From NCBI RefSeq assembly GCF_006345805.1, contig NC_043006.1, forward strand, positions 95,356,001 through 95,420,000: 64,000 bases of DNA, read 5' to 3'. The notes under the pieces were generated by a model. The model searched no databases and was not told where the DNA came from. It was given only the letters and a program-made list of their open reading frames with translations. This DNA is from Octopus sinensis. Taxonomy: Eukaryota. This document shows, in pieces, positions 49,201 through 62,164 of this stretch (positions are counted from its first letter, which is position 1; every line of letters starts with the position of its first letter). The translations under genes and the position numbers were made by a program.

Positions 49201-50930
49201 CGTTAGCACGCCGGGCGAAATGCTTAGCGGTATTTCGTCCATCTTTACATTTTGAGTTCAAATTCCACCGAGGTCGACTTTGCTTTTCATCCGTTCGGGG
49301 TCGATTAAATAAGTACCAGTTACTTACTGGCTTCGATGTAGTCTACTTAATCCCTTTGTCTGTCCTTGTTTGTTCCCTCTATGTTTATCTTTCTGTGGGC
49401 AATCAAAAAATGCAAAACAACGTGGGAAAACCAACAGAATTCCTTTACAACGAGGTTCTGCTTTCCATCAAAGTAAGATTGGCCAGATTTTGAAAGTGAA
49501 CTAGAAGTTCTACCAATGATACTACAGTAAGAGCTCAATTTTGATAAAGCCGCTCTCCGTGACCATGTTTTCGAGAGATATGCAACAATACCTGCTGCAC
49601 AGAAGTATGTCTTTGATCAAGTCGTTGGATCAGTTGTAGACAAGGAGGGGGAAATATTTTGTTTGAACACGGGTGGTGGCTTTGGGAAAATTCTTGCTGA
49701 ATTTCGGTCAAAAGGTCATATCACTGTTGCCACTGCAGTCTCTGGAATTACTGCAACAATGCTTGAAAATGGGCGCACTTTGCACTCCAGATGTAGTATT
49801 CCACTGAGAATTACAGAGGGATCGATGTGCCATATGAAAATAAATGATTCTAGAGGGAAAGCTACTGATTATTGAAAAGGTTACAATGGGCCATAAGCAT
49901 GTCTATGAATGTGTTGATTGCAGTTTCATAGAAGTTAGACAAGAACCAGATAAGCTGTTTGCCGGTCTGATTGTTTTGCTTTTTAGAGACTGGAAGCAGA
50001 TCTTGCCCCTTGTACAAAGAGGTTCCAGAGATCAGATTATTCAAGTCACATTAAAGCAGTCATATATTTGGAGCCATGTCCAAAGCCTGCAGCTGTCAGT
50101 CAGTATGAGAGTCTAAAATTCTGGCGGTGATGACACTGCTTTCTCATCTCATCTTGACTAGATGAGGAATGGAACATTTCTTATCAATCAAGAAATGGAT
50201 GAATACAAAATATCGATTCCTCCACTTCAGTTAATTGATTCTACAAGGCTACAGGACATTTGTGAAGTGGCCTTCAGGGGTAGTGATGAGAAATATGGAT
50301 GTGCAGCAGGGCCATGATTACTCCTACAAACAAGGCTGCTGAAGAAGGGAATACAGTTGTCATGTCAAAACTTCTACAAAGATATAGTAAAGATTATCGA
50401 AGCTGTGACACTTTATACAAAAACCAGTCTGAGTTCCCGATGGAACTGATCAATGATCTCAATCTATCAGGGTTTCCACCACACATTTCGGTTTTGAAGA
50501 AGCACTCTTCCATTATGCTCCTGAGAAATTTTGATCCAGCAGAAGTTCATTGCAACGGAACAAGACATATAGTCTTCAATCTACACAACCACATCTTTAA
50601 AGCAGAACTGGCCAATGGGACACATGCTGGAATCTGAATAATGGTGCCACAAATTCAACTGACTATCAATGAAGATTATCCGTTCTTAGTTTCCAGGAAT
50701 CGACTTCCTGTGAAGCCGACTTTTCGAATGACATCAAACAAATCCCAGGGCCAGACCTTAGAGAACGTTGGAATTTACCTGGGGACGCATATCTTCAGCC
50801 AAGGCCAGTTCTATGTTTCCAACAGCAGGTTGGTTCTAGGAACAATGTGCATATTTTGGGTTTGGACTCAGTTTATAAGAGTATGAAAGGAATCTACACT
50901 GATAAAGTTGTCTACATGAAAATTCTTTAA
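46296..50930 (+). pseudogene. RepHel (HUH Rep plus PIF1-like SF1B helicase) pseudogene
   Basis: KIQGKLYHRIGSLLP..YAQLYF; PDYFITMSTNPKW; EWQKRGLPRVH; VKYLFKYPNKG; GRTLHSRCSIPL; DWKQILPLV; IMLLRNFDP..CNGTR; MTSNKSQGQTL..GQFYVSNSR; many stops and frameshifts. Confidence 0.92.
49186..49405 (+). mobile_element. SINE family B monomer inserted in the Helitron
   Basis: GAGCTGGCAGAAACGTTAGCACGCCGGGCGAAATGC.. interrupts RepHel between Rep and helicase. Confidence 0.88.
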
Positions 50931-50986
50931 GAAAATTATAAGTTTTACTGTTTAGTTTCAAAATACGAAGGGCGGTGATTCAGCTA

Positions 50987-51058
<72 letters not shown>

Positions 51059-51846
51059 TGACAGAATGAAAAAGAGACATATATACACACATAGATATTT
51101 ATATGTATCTATGTGTGTATCTTCGTGCTTGTTACCTGCCATTGCTTGACAGCTATATTGGTTGGCCGCAGTCAGATGAATGGAACAGGTGAATGGTGTA
51201 CGTTAAAACATATGTATTCGTGTTAAAAATAGTTTAAAACTTTATATAGAGAAATAGTAAAATATTTCATCAGATTTTAATACATAAGTAATCGAATGTC
51301 TGCAATCTCCGCGATCGTTAAATGTTGACTTTTCAACGAGACGCCATTAGAATTGTATATGATAATTGCTGTATCAGCATATCGAAACTAAGGTGAAATC
51401 ATGATGATGAGAAAGTTTGCTACGTTGATTCGCGCTTGAAACACCCGTTAACACCTAGTCCTCCATATTACAAACTGCAATTTGTCTTAAATCATAATAT
51501 ATGCAGAGACTTGACATTTCGTTGTTATTCAAATTAACGAGTTTTCACAGTAAAGATTTCGAAAGATATAAATAATTCAAATCCAGTTGCTTCAATATCT
51601 GTTACTACATTGTTCACATGGTTAAACTGCATACTAAGGGGAGATAAATAGAAGATAAATAAGATGGACATAGCTGGAGGAAGAATCTCCTTCGTTCTGA
51701 TTCTGCATATTAATTGTTTTGTCTCAACAAATACATCAAAGAAGCATTTACACACTACGCACACAGATGTAGATATATCAGATAGATATATATATAATAT
51801 ATATATATAGATATATAATATATATATATAATATAATATATATATA

Positions 51847-51889
<43 letters not shown>

Positions 51890-51894
51890 TATAT

Positions 51895-52054
51895 GCGCAG
51901 GAGTGGTTGTGTGGTAAGTAATTGCTTACCAAACTCTGGTTTCCGGGGTTCATTCCCACTCCGTGGCACCTGGGCAAGTGTCTTCTACTATAGCCTCGGG
52001 TCGATCAAAGCCTTGTGAGTGGATTTGGTAGACGGAAACTGAAAGAAGCCTGTC

Positions 52055-52122
<68 letters not shown>

Positions 52123-52224
52123 ATAATATATTTATATATATGTGTATATATGTATATATATATTATATATATATATAATATATATATATATATATGTATA
52201 TATATAATATATATATAATGTGTA

Positions 52225-52275
<51 letters not shown>

Positions 52276-52500
52276 TATATATGTATGTGTGTGTTTTTGA
52301 TGTGTTTGTGTTTGTCCCCCCATCGCTTCAGAACCGATGCTGGTGTGTTTACGTCCCCGTTAATTAGCGCTTCGGCGAAAGACACCGATGGAATAAGTAC
52401 TAGGATTACAAAGAATAAGTCCTGGGGTCAATGTGCTCGACTAAAGGCAGTGCTCCAGCATGGCCACAGTCAAATGACTGAAACAAGTAAAAGAGTAAAA
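51895..52500 (+). mobile_element. SINE family A with greatly expanded internal (TA)n
   Basis: Head and tail intact; internal tract is ~240 bp versus ~40 bp in other copies. Confidence 0.88.
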
Positions 52501-52517
52501 GTGATGCATATACAAAT

Positions 52518-52548
<31 letters not shown>

Positions 52549-52566
52549 CACACAGACATTAAGAGT

Positions 52567-52809
52567 TAAGGGTGCTAATAGCCAGCACCAGCATGCTAAC
52601 ATAGCAGCCAAAATAACCAAACCACAAATTTTCGCTTAAACACAATAAAAACCCTAAGACCCCAGTACCTATGACGAAAATAATCAAAGGGTTTTTGTTA
52701 ATTTGCCCTCTTTCACCTTTGTGTTTAAGTGAAAACTTGTGGTTTAGTCATTTAGATTTCTATTTTAGCATGTTACCATGGCTTGCTCATTTTGGCTGCA
52801 AGAGCCTTA
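52567..52809. mobile_element. MITE-like foldback element
   Basis: Imperfect inverted arms (CATGCTAA..AAACCACAA.TTTTC.CTTAAACACAA) with ends TAAGG..CCTTA. Confidence 0.6.
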
Positions 52810-53094
52810 ATTACTAATTAATTTTGTTACATTTATGTTTGTTTACGCATGCTAAGCCACTGATGTTATTTTAAACAGTAATATCCTCATATTCATACAC
52901 ACACACAGACGCACACACATACATATCTATAAATCAACAGAGTTCATAATTGTAAAGCCACTAAAACACTACACTTAATGACTGTTAAAGAGGGGTAAGT
53001 CCCTAGTGTATATAGCCGTATCACGATTTTATATTTTGCCTTTCGGTTGTAATTGCTAGTAAGCCAGCCTTTTAATTTGTTATGTACATAATAT

Positions 53095-53492
53095 TCTTTT
53101 ATTGTTTTACTTGTTTCGACCATTTGACTGTGACCAAGTTGGAGCCTTTGATCGAACAAATCGGCCCCAGAACATATTCTTTATAAACCTAGTAATTATT
53201 CAATCGGTCGCTTATGCCGAACCGCTACGTTACGTGGACATAAACACACCAACATTTGTTGTCAGGCGATAGTAGGAGATCAAACACAGATACATAAATA
53301 CACACACACATACACATATATACATATATACGACGGGCTTCTTTCAGTTTCCGTCTGCCAAATCCACTCACAAGGCTTTGGTTTGCCCAATGCTATGGTA
53401 GAAAACACTTGCCCAAGGCGCCACCCAGTGGGACTGAACCCGGAACCATTTAGTTCGGTAGGAATCTTCTTAACACACAGCCACTCCTGCAC
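53095..53492 (-). mobile_element. SINE family A, older copy
   Basis: All modules recognisable, more diverged. Confidence 0.85.
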
Positions 53493-54233
53493 CTAAAATA
53501 TAGTGTGTGTATGAAGGTATGTATGCATATAAGTATGTCTCTGGGTGTGTTTGTGTGTGTAAGCATGCATTTATTTATGTATGTATGTATGTATCACTCA
53601 CATTCATTCTTTCTCTCTCTCTCTATCTCATATATATGTGTATATGGTTTATATTATATATATATATATATATATATATGCATATCTACATACAAAACAC
53701 ACACATTATATATATATATATATCATAATATATATATATATATATAATATATATATATATAATATATATATATATATATAATATATATATATATATGTAT
53801 GTTGTGTGTTGTATGTGGGTATCTGTGTGTGTTTGTGTATGTGTGCGCGCACGTGGGTGTGTGTATGTGTACATATATGACTTTCAAAATTTGGCTCGCG
53901 GAATGGTCGGCGTTGGATCTTAGAAGGTAGTCAGTAAAACGAAAAACACATGAATATTTCCCTTTGTACATGTAGAACATAATGATTGCCTTGATCGGGC
54001 GGAATATATTAACACCTCGAACAGATCTCATTGACACGAAACTTACGATCGCATTCTCACATCCACGATGTCCACACACTGAGTGCCACAACTTGTTAGG
54101 CAGTGAGGAAGAAATCAAGTCAAACAGTTCGGCTAAAACACTCCAACGAATTTTGCTTTTCGGAACTATAATAGATTCATCAAGCATCACTACGAAAGAA
54201 TTGCCCCCCCCTCTCTCCTCTTATATATATAAT

Positions 54234-54313
<80 letters not shown>

Positions 54314-54465
54314 AAAAAGAGCAACAAGAATGGACCATTCTTTGCTTTTTTCCTATTTATAATCACCCCACTTTGTCGTATGGTTAACACATATAGATTT
54401 CTGGTGCATCCAAGTTAAGTACCATATTCATGTGAATTCAAGAGAACTCACTTGAACCTTAATTG

Positions 54466-54544
<79 letters not shown>

Positions 54545-54868
54545 ATGTATGTATGTATGTGTATATATGTCGCTCTCTGTCTCACTCACTCTCTGTCTAC
54601 TTAAATATCACTCTCTTCCTCCTCCTCATTCTCACTTCTATCTCTTCGTCTCTCTCCAATGATTTTTGGATATATTGAAAATTATGGATTTCTATTATTC
54701 CAGACATGTACTTACAATTTGCTAAAAGGTTGTCTTGCGAATTGTTCCCGATGCCACGTCTACGATATAAAACTTTAGTTCAACATGTCTTTATATATTG
54801 ATAAATTCTAAAAGAAAATGGTTCTTCTTCGTTCACGTTTGGTGAATATAGCTTTCTCTTGAATGAAC

Positions 54869-55025
54869 TGACGTCATTAGACGGCATCTAAAGATCATTG
54901 AATCTTTCGAATCTTAACCGTATCATACTCCCATTGGTAGGGGAGCAGTGATGGCTAAATGCAAATTACAACTCATGATCTCTACCTGGTTTCCGGCCTC
55001 ACCCCTCTCTTTTCCTCTATAATAA
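54869..55025 (+). promoter_or_regulatory. Candidate Pol II promoter: CRE, CCAAT, octamer, TATA-like box
   Basis: TGACGTCA 54869-54876, ATTGG 54933-54937, ATGCAAAT 54959-54966, TATAATAA 55018-55025, all in non-repetitive sequence. Confidence 0.35.
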
Positions 55026-55026
55026 G

Positions 55027-55262
55027 CAAGAGACCTTTTCTGCTACCTCTGCTATCGTGTGCAGAGCAACTGTTCTCTCTTTCCCTCTTCTTCCATTGCT
55101 ACTTAGCATTCTCCATACTGCCAGGGCAGGCAATCCACTACAGCCAAATTCCAGTGGAGAAAGTCACGATTGCTCTCCATTCTCGCTGCAGAACTTTGCA
55201 AAACGTTCTGGAAATCCCTACGTTCACGAAGGCTTCCCACATGATTGCAGACTCCATCAAAG
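55027..55262 (+). other. Candidate first/coding exon (peptide-precursor-like frame, or 5' UTR plus MIADSIK)
   Basis: Open frame with a hydrophobic stretch, a KR site and two HDC motifs; donor-like AAAG|GTACC at 55262/55263; no in-frame ATG for the peptide frame. Confidence 0.25.
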
Positions 55263-55724
55263 GTACCTTCTTTGCATTTTCAGGCATCTTATCTATCTCT
55301 AGTGTCACACAGAATTTAGCACACGTGTGGTGCAAAAAACGCAAAATGATCCAAATACAGTGTCCGTACTGGAGTGTTAATCTACGACAGAGTTTAGTTC
55401 GTGTTAAAATGCAACATGTCTTCTTTCTCATGTCAACGAATTGTATTTCTGTTGAGAGATAAATAAAGTTTAATTCTGAAATAACCAACAACAGAGTAAA
55501 AAGCAAAAACAAAACGACAATATAACAAAATCAAAAATAACAAAAATACAGGCGAAATAACCAATAGGCAATCAATCATCCCCTTATTGAACGCTAAACC
55601 AGGTTCGATTAAGTGGATTTTGAAAGGAGAACTAGATTTGAAGTCGCTGAATGTGAAACCGAAAGTAAAACTTACAGTAACGCAAATAAATATATATAAA
55701 TATGAGTGCTATAAGGAGTATGAG

Positions 55725-55823
<99 letters not shown>

Positions 55824-55951
55824 ATATGTATGTACGTATATATATATGTATGCATGTACATATATATATATGCATATATATAATATAAACTTGCGTATAT
55901 ATGTGTATGTATGTATGCAATGTATAGATATGTATATATGTGTATATGTAT

Positions 55952-55997
<46 letters not shown>

Positions 55998-56634
55998 ATA
56001 TATATATAGATATTATATATATATATATATAGATATATTCATACATACATATATTCGCATATATATATATATACATATAAATGTGTCTCTATATAAGTCT
56101 GTATGTGAGTGTGCGTCATGCGCGCGCGAGTCTGGTGTGTGTGTACGTATATTTCTGTACGTACATATACAGATTGAAAAGTATATAATGTGTGTAGAAA
56201 AATACAATCAACGTGGATGGCGAACAGAATTTAAACAAGAATACCAAATATTAAAAATAAATAAATGAAAAAAAAAAGAACAAAATAAAGAAAATAAAAA
56301 CAACACACGCAAAGGTAAATCTGATTCCTTCTTTTCTTTTTTCTTTGCAATATTGTTTTTTTGTTTGTTTTATATTGATGACTCATTTTCTATATTGTTT
56401 TATTTTTCGACCAAGTGCTGGCATCATTACAATTTCATTAGTGTCTTCTGTGACTCTATCAACTTCAACACAACTCACACACAGAGAGACACTCACACAA
56501 GCACACACATCCGGACACGCTCTCTCTCTCACGCACACACGCACGCACATACGACACCACCGCACACAGAGCTTACATCTTGAATTTCTATTCATGTCTT
56601 AGGTATGTATGTATATATTATATTCTCTATAATA

Positions 56635-56684
<50 letters not shown>

Positions 56685-57544
56685 ATATATAAGTTGTATG
56701 TATGGATACTCCAAAAAAGGTCATATATATATGTATATGTATGTAAGTATATGATAAGTAGACAACTACTCACACACGTTTATCTATCGATATATTAATT
56801 CATCTCTGTATATACATGCATCTATCTATCTTCTGTCTATGTCTATACATACATACAGATAGATATATATATATATATATTATATATGTGTGTGTGTGTT
56901 TTGGTGTGTGTGTGTGGGAGTTATCTATATATCTATATCTATATATGTATATATATATATATATATATTATAGACTATATATATATATATGTATCTATAT
57001 ATATGTATATATGTATATGTATATAAGGATAGATAGATAGATATGTATACACACTCAATCTCTCTCACAAACGCACACACACTGAACGACAAACATATAA
57101 AGACATACGCCGGATTGCATTCAGACACGGCAATAGTTTAATATGATATAATAAACAAATCAAACGTTTGAAATGAAGCTATTGATGAAAGAGAGGAAAG
57201 ACACAGGAAATTGCAGAAGGCAAAACAGTTTAATGGGCTTTCATTTATATTCTGGCTATTTTGTTTTTGTTTTTCTTTTGGACTCTTAGAAAATTGTCTC
57301 TGTATGTTGGAAATGTGTAGGCTTACGCGAGTTTATGTCCATGCGTATATGTGACTGTATGATACATGCCGTAAAGGAGTTTGAGAAAGTGACAGTAGAA
57401 ATTGTTTCAATTTCTCACCGATAATATTCGGATTAATTCATATAAAACTACGACGAATACACAAAACGAGTGACATATATCCAGCCATACATATATATTC
57501 AAGCATGTTCACATGCATGCCACCAAAACACACAGATGTACATG

Positions 57545-57609
57545 TATGTACACGTATCTACCTACCTACCTACCAACCTACGTACCTACCTACCTACCTA
57601 CCTACCTAC

Positions 57610-57676
<67 letters not shown>

Positions 57677-57719
57677 ATCTATCTATCTATCTACCTATCT
57701 ATATGTCTGTCGGTCTATC

Positions 57720-57750
<31 letters not shown>

Positions 57751-57760
57751 ACGGATATAT
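57545..57760. repeat. (TACC)n/(TATC)n microsatellite
   Basis: Direct reading. Confidence 0.95.
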
Positions 57761-58454
57761 ATGCATATGCTTATGCATTTTATGCATATATTCGTATATG
57801 TAAATGCATTCATTTATACGCAAATAACGCACTAGCCTACTCACTTATAATTTTTGGAAGAGATTTGAAACCACCAACTATATGTTGTATTATTACTTCT
57901 CAACACCTATGCTAACTCGGTAAAAGCGGAAGAGAGAAAGACATAACAGCATAAAACTGTCTTTTTGGAGTTGCATGAAGGTATTTGAGTTCCTTTCTAC
58001 GATTGACCTGAAATTGACCCCTGGCTATTAAAGGCCAAACCACACACACACACATTTGTTTTAGGTCTTCTACCGATCTGAATTCGGCCATACACCAGTT
58101 AACATGGTAAGACTTATGTACCGGAATTTAAATTTTGAATTTGTTTTAATTATAAAATTACACCTCAGCTAAATGACATCTTTTGGTCTTCCAATACAAC
58201 TTTCTATATTTTGGTTAAGCTGCAATTCCTTTGTTTTGGTCAGAATAATTCCAATTTCTTTTTTCTTGTAAAAAAAGTTAAATCCAGTGAACCAAACAAA
58301 ATCAAAAATGTTAATTCTATTTTTCCCTTTACATTTTACTTTCTTACAAAATAATTAATTACCGTATCCTATACACTACGTCCTTTCACATCAGGTGAAT
58401 ATTTCAGAAATATTTTCACATTTTAAACAAAAACTCTCCAATTGAAAGACTCTG

Positions 58455-58662
58455 AATTATGGCAAAAGTCCTGAAATTTGGGGGAGGAAATGGGGCCATA
58501 CGATTAGCTCGACTCCAGGATGCAACTGGTACTTAATATATCGACCACGAAAGGATTAAAGGCAAAGTCGACCTCGGCAGAATTTGAACTCAGAACATAG
58601 ACTTACGAAATATTGGTAAGCATTTCGCCCGGCGTGCTAACGATTCTGCCAGCTTGCCGCCT
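58455..58662 (-). mobile_element. SINE family B monomer with a different 3' tail
   Basis: Head and central domain match family B; 3' end ..ATTTCAGGACTTTTGCCATAATT resembles the 35638 copy. Confidence 0.8.
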
Positions 58663-58819
58663 TTAACTGTCACACTTCACATGACACCAGCACACAATTT
58701 ACAGATGCTTACATTTTTTATACTTTCCGTGAATTTTTCTCGGGTCCAACTTCTATATATGAATATCGTCAAACCTAAGTTATAAACAGATCTTTCGTAT
58801 ATATATAAATATATATATA

Positions 58820-59218
58820 TACTCTTTTACTTGCTTCTGTCATTTGACTGCGTCCATGCTGGAGCACCGCCTTTAGTCGAGGAAATCGACCCCGGGACTT
58901 TTTCTTTGTAAGCCCAGTACTTATTCTATCGGTCTCTTTTGCCGAACCGCTAAGTGACGGGGACGTAAACACACCAGTATCGGTTGTCAAGCAATGTTAG
59001 GGGGACAAACACAGACACACAAACATATTCATACACTTATATATATATATATATATACATATATACGACAGGCTTCTTTCAGTTTCCGTCTACCAAATCC
59101 ACTCACAAGTCACTGGCTATAGCAGAAGACACTTGCCCAAGATGCCACGCAGTGGGACTGAACCCGAAACCATGTGGTTGGTTAGCAAGCTACTTACCAC
59201 ACAGCCACTCCTGCGCCT
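58820..59218 (-). mobile_element. SINE family A, full-length
   Basis: All modules present. Confidence 0.9.
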
Positions 59219-59334
59219 ATATATATATATATTATATATATATATATTATATATGCAGTAGTAACATTGTGTTAAGAAACTTCCTTCTCAACCACATGGT
59301 TCAGGGATCATCCCCATTGCGTGGCCCCTTGGGT

Positions 59335-60190
59335 AGGTGGCCCTATCGTGTACTGTCCTGAAGCAGACTCTTTTGCATATCTATAAAAAGCTTTTAGTTT
59401 TGTCTTAATACTTTCGACTACTCCGACCTCATTTTTTTGCCTTTCCTTTTCATGGAAGTGTTTGAATTCACTTTCGATCTCGAACAACTTCGAGACACGA
59501 TCGCTTGCTATCCTTTCGTGGCCCATTTGAACGATATGAGATATTTGATCGTCGTCACATTAGAATCCCCCTATCCCTTGGAATTATATTTTTATGTCGT
59601 GCATGAGTGTCGTAAAGTGCTGTAGGGGTATGTCAATATCTTGCATGACGAGACTGGAAGACCAGTCCCTGACCTCTTTCTCAATACCATTCCAATTAGC
59701 TTTGAGAGCGGTAGTCAAGACGGCTAAGGACAAATGTCTTCCATAGACCGAGCATAGTTTTCTGGTCACTTGTTCTGAAGGTTCTCAGAATCCATCCCGC
59801 CATCCGCCTGCACATTGCCACCATCTTGGTGGTATGCATAAGCACCGTTGCACATAACAGTCTCTAGATCTTCACAGTTCGTGACTCTGGGATTGAGAGG
59901 AGTTGGGTGCTTCTAGTAGCCAGCATATCTGTAGTCTTCTGTGGATCATACGTTGTTAGTTCTATTAAGTTATGTTCCGAGAAAATCGTCGGCGTCTCCA
60001 AAGCATTATGGATGATCGCCGCGTTTTTTGTGAAGCATATGTCCAGGACATTTTGCCCCTTGTTGGGTGGAGCACTATTTGCTCCATAAAGAGTATGTTT
60101 ACGAGGATCAGTAGATATTCCTCATGCCTCAGGCCATGCAGTTACGTACCTCAGAGAAAGCAGACCTCAGGCCATCCGAAATTAGGGAGG
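59335..60190 (-). pseudogene. CR1/Jockey-group LINE ORF2 fragment (APE C-terminus plus linker)
   Basis: LFMEQIVLHPTRGQNVLDICFTKN..TPTIFSEHNLIE; KANWNGI..DW; IKTKLKAFYRYAK..IGP. Confidence 0.75.
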
Positions 60191-60269
60191 TTTAAGTCCC
60201 CTAAAAGCTGTCATCAAAGCTGCATAACACTTCTTTTTTTCTCTTTTTTTTTTTAAGGCTCCATTCAAA

Positions 60270-60790
60270 TGAGTTCCCATTCGAGTTACGAAGAAACCGG
60301 ATATCATAATTTGGTGTGAGAGAAAGAATGTGGCAAATCTCGGCGATTTAGCCTTTCCTCGTGAAGATAATGTGGACGCCGCTCGGGCTCGAAAGATTGA
60401 CCTTTATGGAAACCTCCTCGAGGAATGTAAAGACGCAGGCTGGAAAGCGGAGCTTTTTCCAGTGGAAGGCTGATGCAGAGGATTTATTGGAGACAGTGTA
60501 AGGCAATTGTTGTTAGCCTTAGGCGTAACTCATTGGGAAGTAAATGCCGCCATGGACGATATTCAAACAACAGTGGAAAAAGCAAGCCACTGGATTTGTT
60601 TAAAAGGAGACGATGAGCGATGGCTCTAAGAATATTGAGCTACATCTGATTAACTGTTGATCTAGCAAGCGGAGCTTCATTTCAGTGAGTGTGGGACCGC
60701 TGCTCAATGATACTGTCGAGAGTTAGGCCCCGAAACGGTGAGCATTCTCTCCTGATGAACCCATACATTTGCTCGTACCCTGCATACGAA
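60270..60790 (+). pseudogene. 3' fragment of a Hero-like RLE LINE
   Basis: KKPDIIIW..DLAFPREDN..ARKIDLY..LLEEC..GW....PVEG*CRGF..LG..EKASHWI..ERWL* (60288-60629), followed by 3' UTR. Confidence 0.75.
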
Positions 60791-61559
60791 GTTTCCAACT
60801 GGCAGCACTTGCATCTGCAAGATGTTTGCAAATAGATGTCATATACATCCCTACTGTTGCTGCTCTGCTGCTGCTGCTACTGTTGCTTTTGTGGCCTGCT
60901 AACAACAATCAGAAAGAAACAAAATTTGAGCATCAGGCGATTTATATACAACACGTGCAATTCCAGAGCTGATATTTATTTTCTCTTTTGTTTCAGCATG
61001 ACTAAATCCCCTTTTATTTCGTGAAAACCGGTTGCATATTTTGATATAAATGTAAATTTTTTCCTTCTTTTATCCTAGATAAATTTCTGCAAGCTTTTTT
61101 CCCTATTTCGTTTTTTATATAAATTTACTCCTGTGAAACTTGTCTTTTTCAATATACAAATGTAAATGTGTGTGTGTGTGTGTGTGGTTTAGTGTATTTA
61201 TTTGCTTGTTTTCCCTGGTTTATACTTAAATATTTGCATCTCAAATATGGTACCTTGCGATTATACTTTGCTTTCTTTGCCTTCTATGTACGATCTCTCT
61301 TTTGTGAAGATGTGACTTGACGTCCCCTTTCTGTAGATACGGTGTCGCTAACCTAAGTGGAGTGTAATTGTTTTTTCTGCGTTGCGGTTGTAAACAATTC
61401 TCCTGACTTATTGCATCGTCAAGATTGTGTAACGATAACGTGTGTTGCTTCCTCGACGACGAAGCGGTGTGTATTCTACTATTTGAAACAATTTGTTTTC
61501 ACTTTCTCTGTTTATACACTTCAATATTTTCCAAAATCATTTTGCTATAAATTCCTCGG

Positions 61560-61597
61560 ACTTCTTCTTCTTCTCTTCTTCTTCTTCTTCTTCTTCT

Positions 61598-61644
<47 letters not shown>

Positions 61645-61762
61645 TTCTTCTTCTTCTTCTTCTTCTTCTTCTTCCTCCTCCTCTTCTTCTCTTCCTTCTC
61701 ATCATCATCATCATCATCATCAGCATCATCATCATTATTATTATGAATGTGATGATGATGAT
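61560..61762. repeat. (CTT)n/(CAT)n microsatellite
   Basis: Direct reading. Confidence 0.95.
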
Positions 61763-62164
61763 GTTTTGTGCGAGTGACATGATGTTATGTTTTTGACTTT
61801 TATTCGAGTTATTCTTGAAATTTTTGCTATCATTCTCCTTTCAACTACTCCTCCTCTAAAGTGGAATCTTTCTCGGGATTGATTTTTCGTCTGGTTTATG
61901 TTGTATGGTTCTATAAGTGTAAATATTTTGGAAAATATTTACCATTTTCAGCTTCAAATATTTCTATCATGCCGAGTCGGCGATTTCATTGGTTTCTGCC
62001 AGTACACACTCTGCAAAAAAATATTTCTCTTCGACGATCCTATACAACATACGCCATCTCTGGGATAAGTGGCCAAACCATTCTATTCGTATGGCATATT
62101 ACGGTCAGGAACAGCTTATTCTCGAGTCTGTGTTAAGGAGTGTTTTTCAAGGTCGTCCACGTCC

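Larger units (their letters stand above)
45661..50987 (+). mobile_element. Degenerate autonomous-type Helitron (~5.3 kb)
   Basis: Candidate termini A|TCTCTATC (45661) and CTAG|T (50984-50988); RepHel coding remnants inside. The 5' boundary is tentative. Confidence 0.85.

Noticed and set aside
54959-55462. 167-aa ATG-initiated ORF (and the 124-aa antisense ORF) as a single-exon gene or transposase
   Set aside because: No recognisable domain, and its ATG overlaps the octamer motif upstream of the TATA-like box. Kept only as part of the exon candidate.
60725-60765. GAAAC followed by CTGATGA in the Hero-like 3' UTR as a type II HHR
   Set aside because: The would-be stem II strands (GGCCCC and ACCC) are not complementary and the triplet would be GUG.
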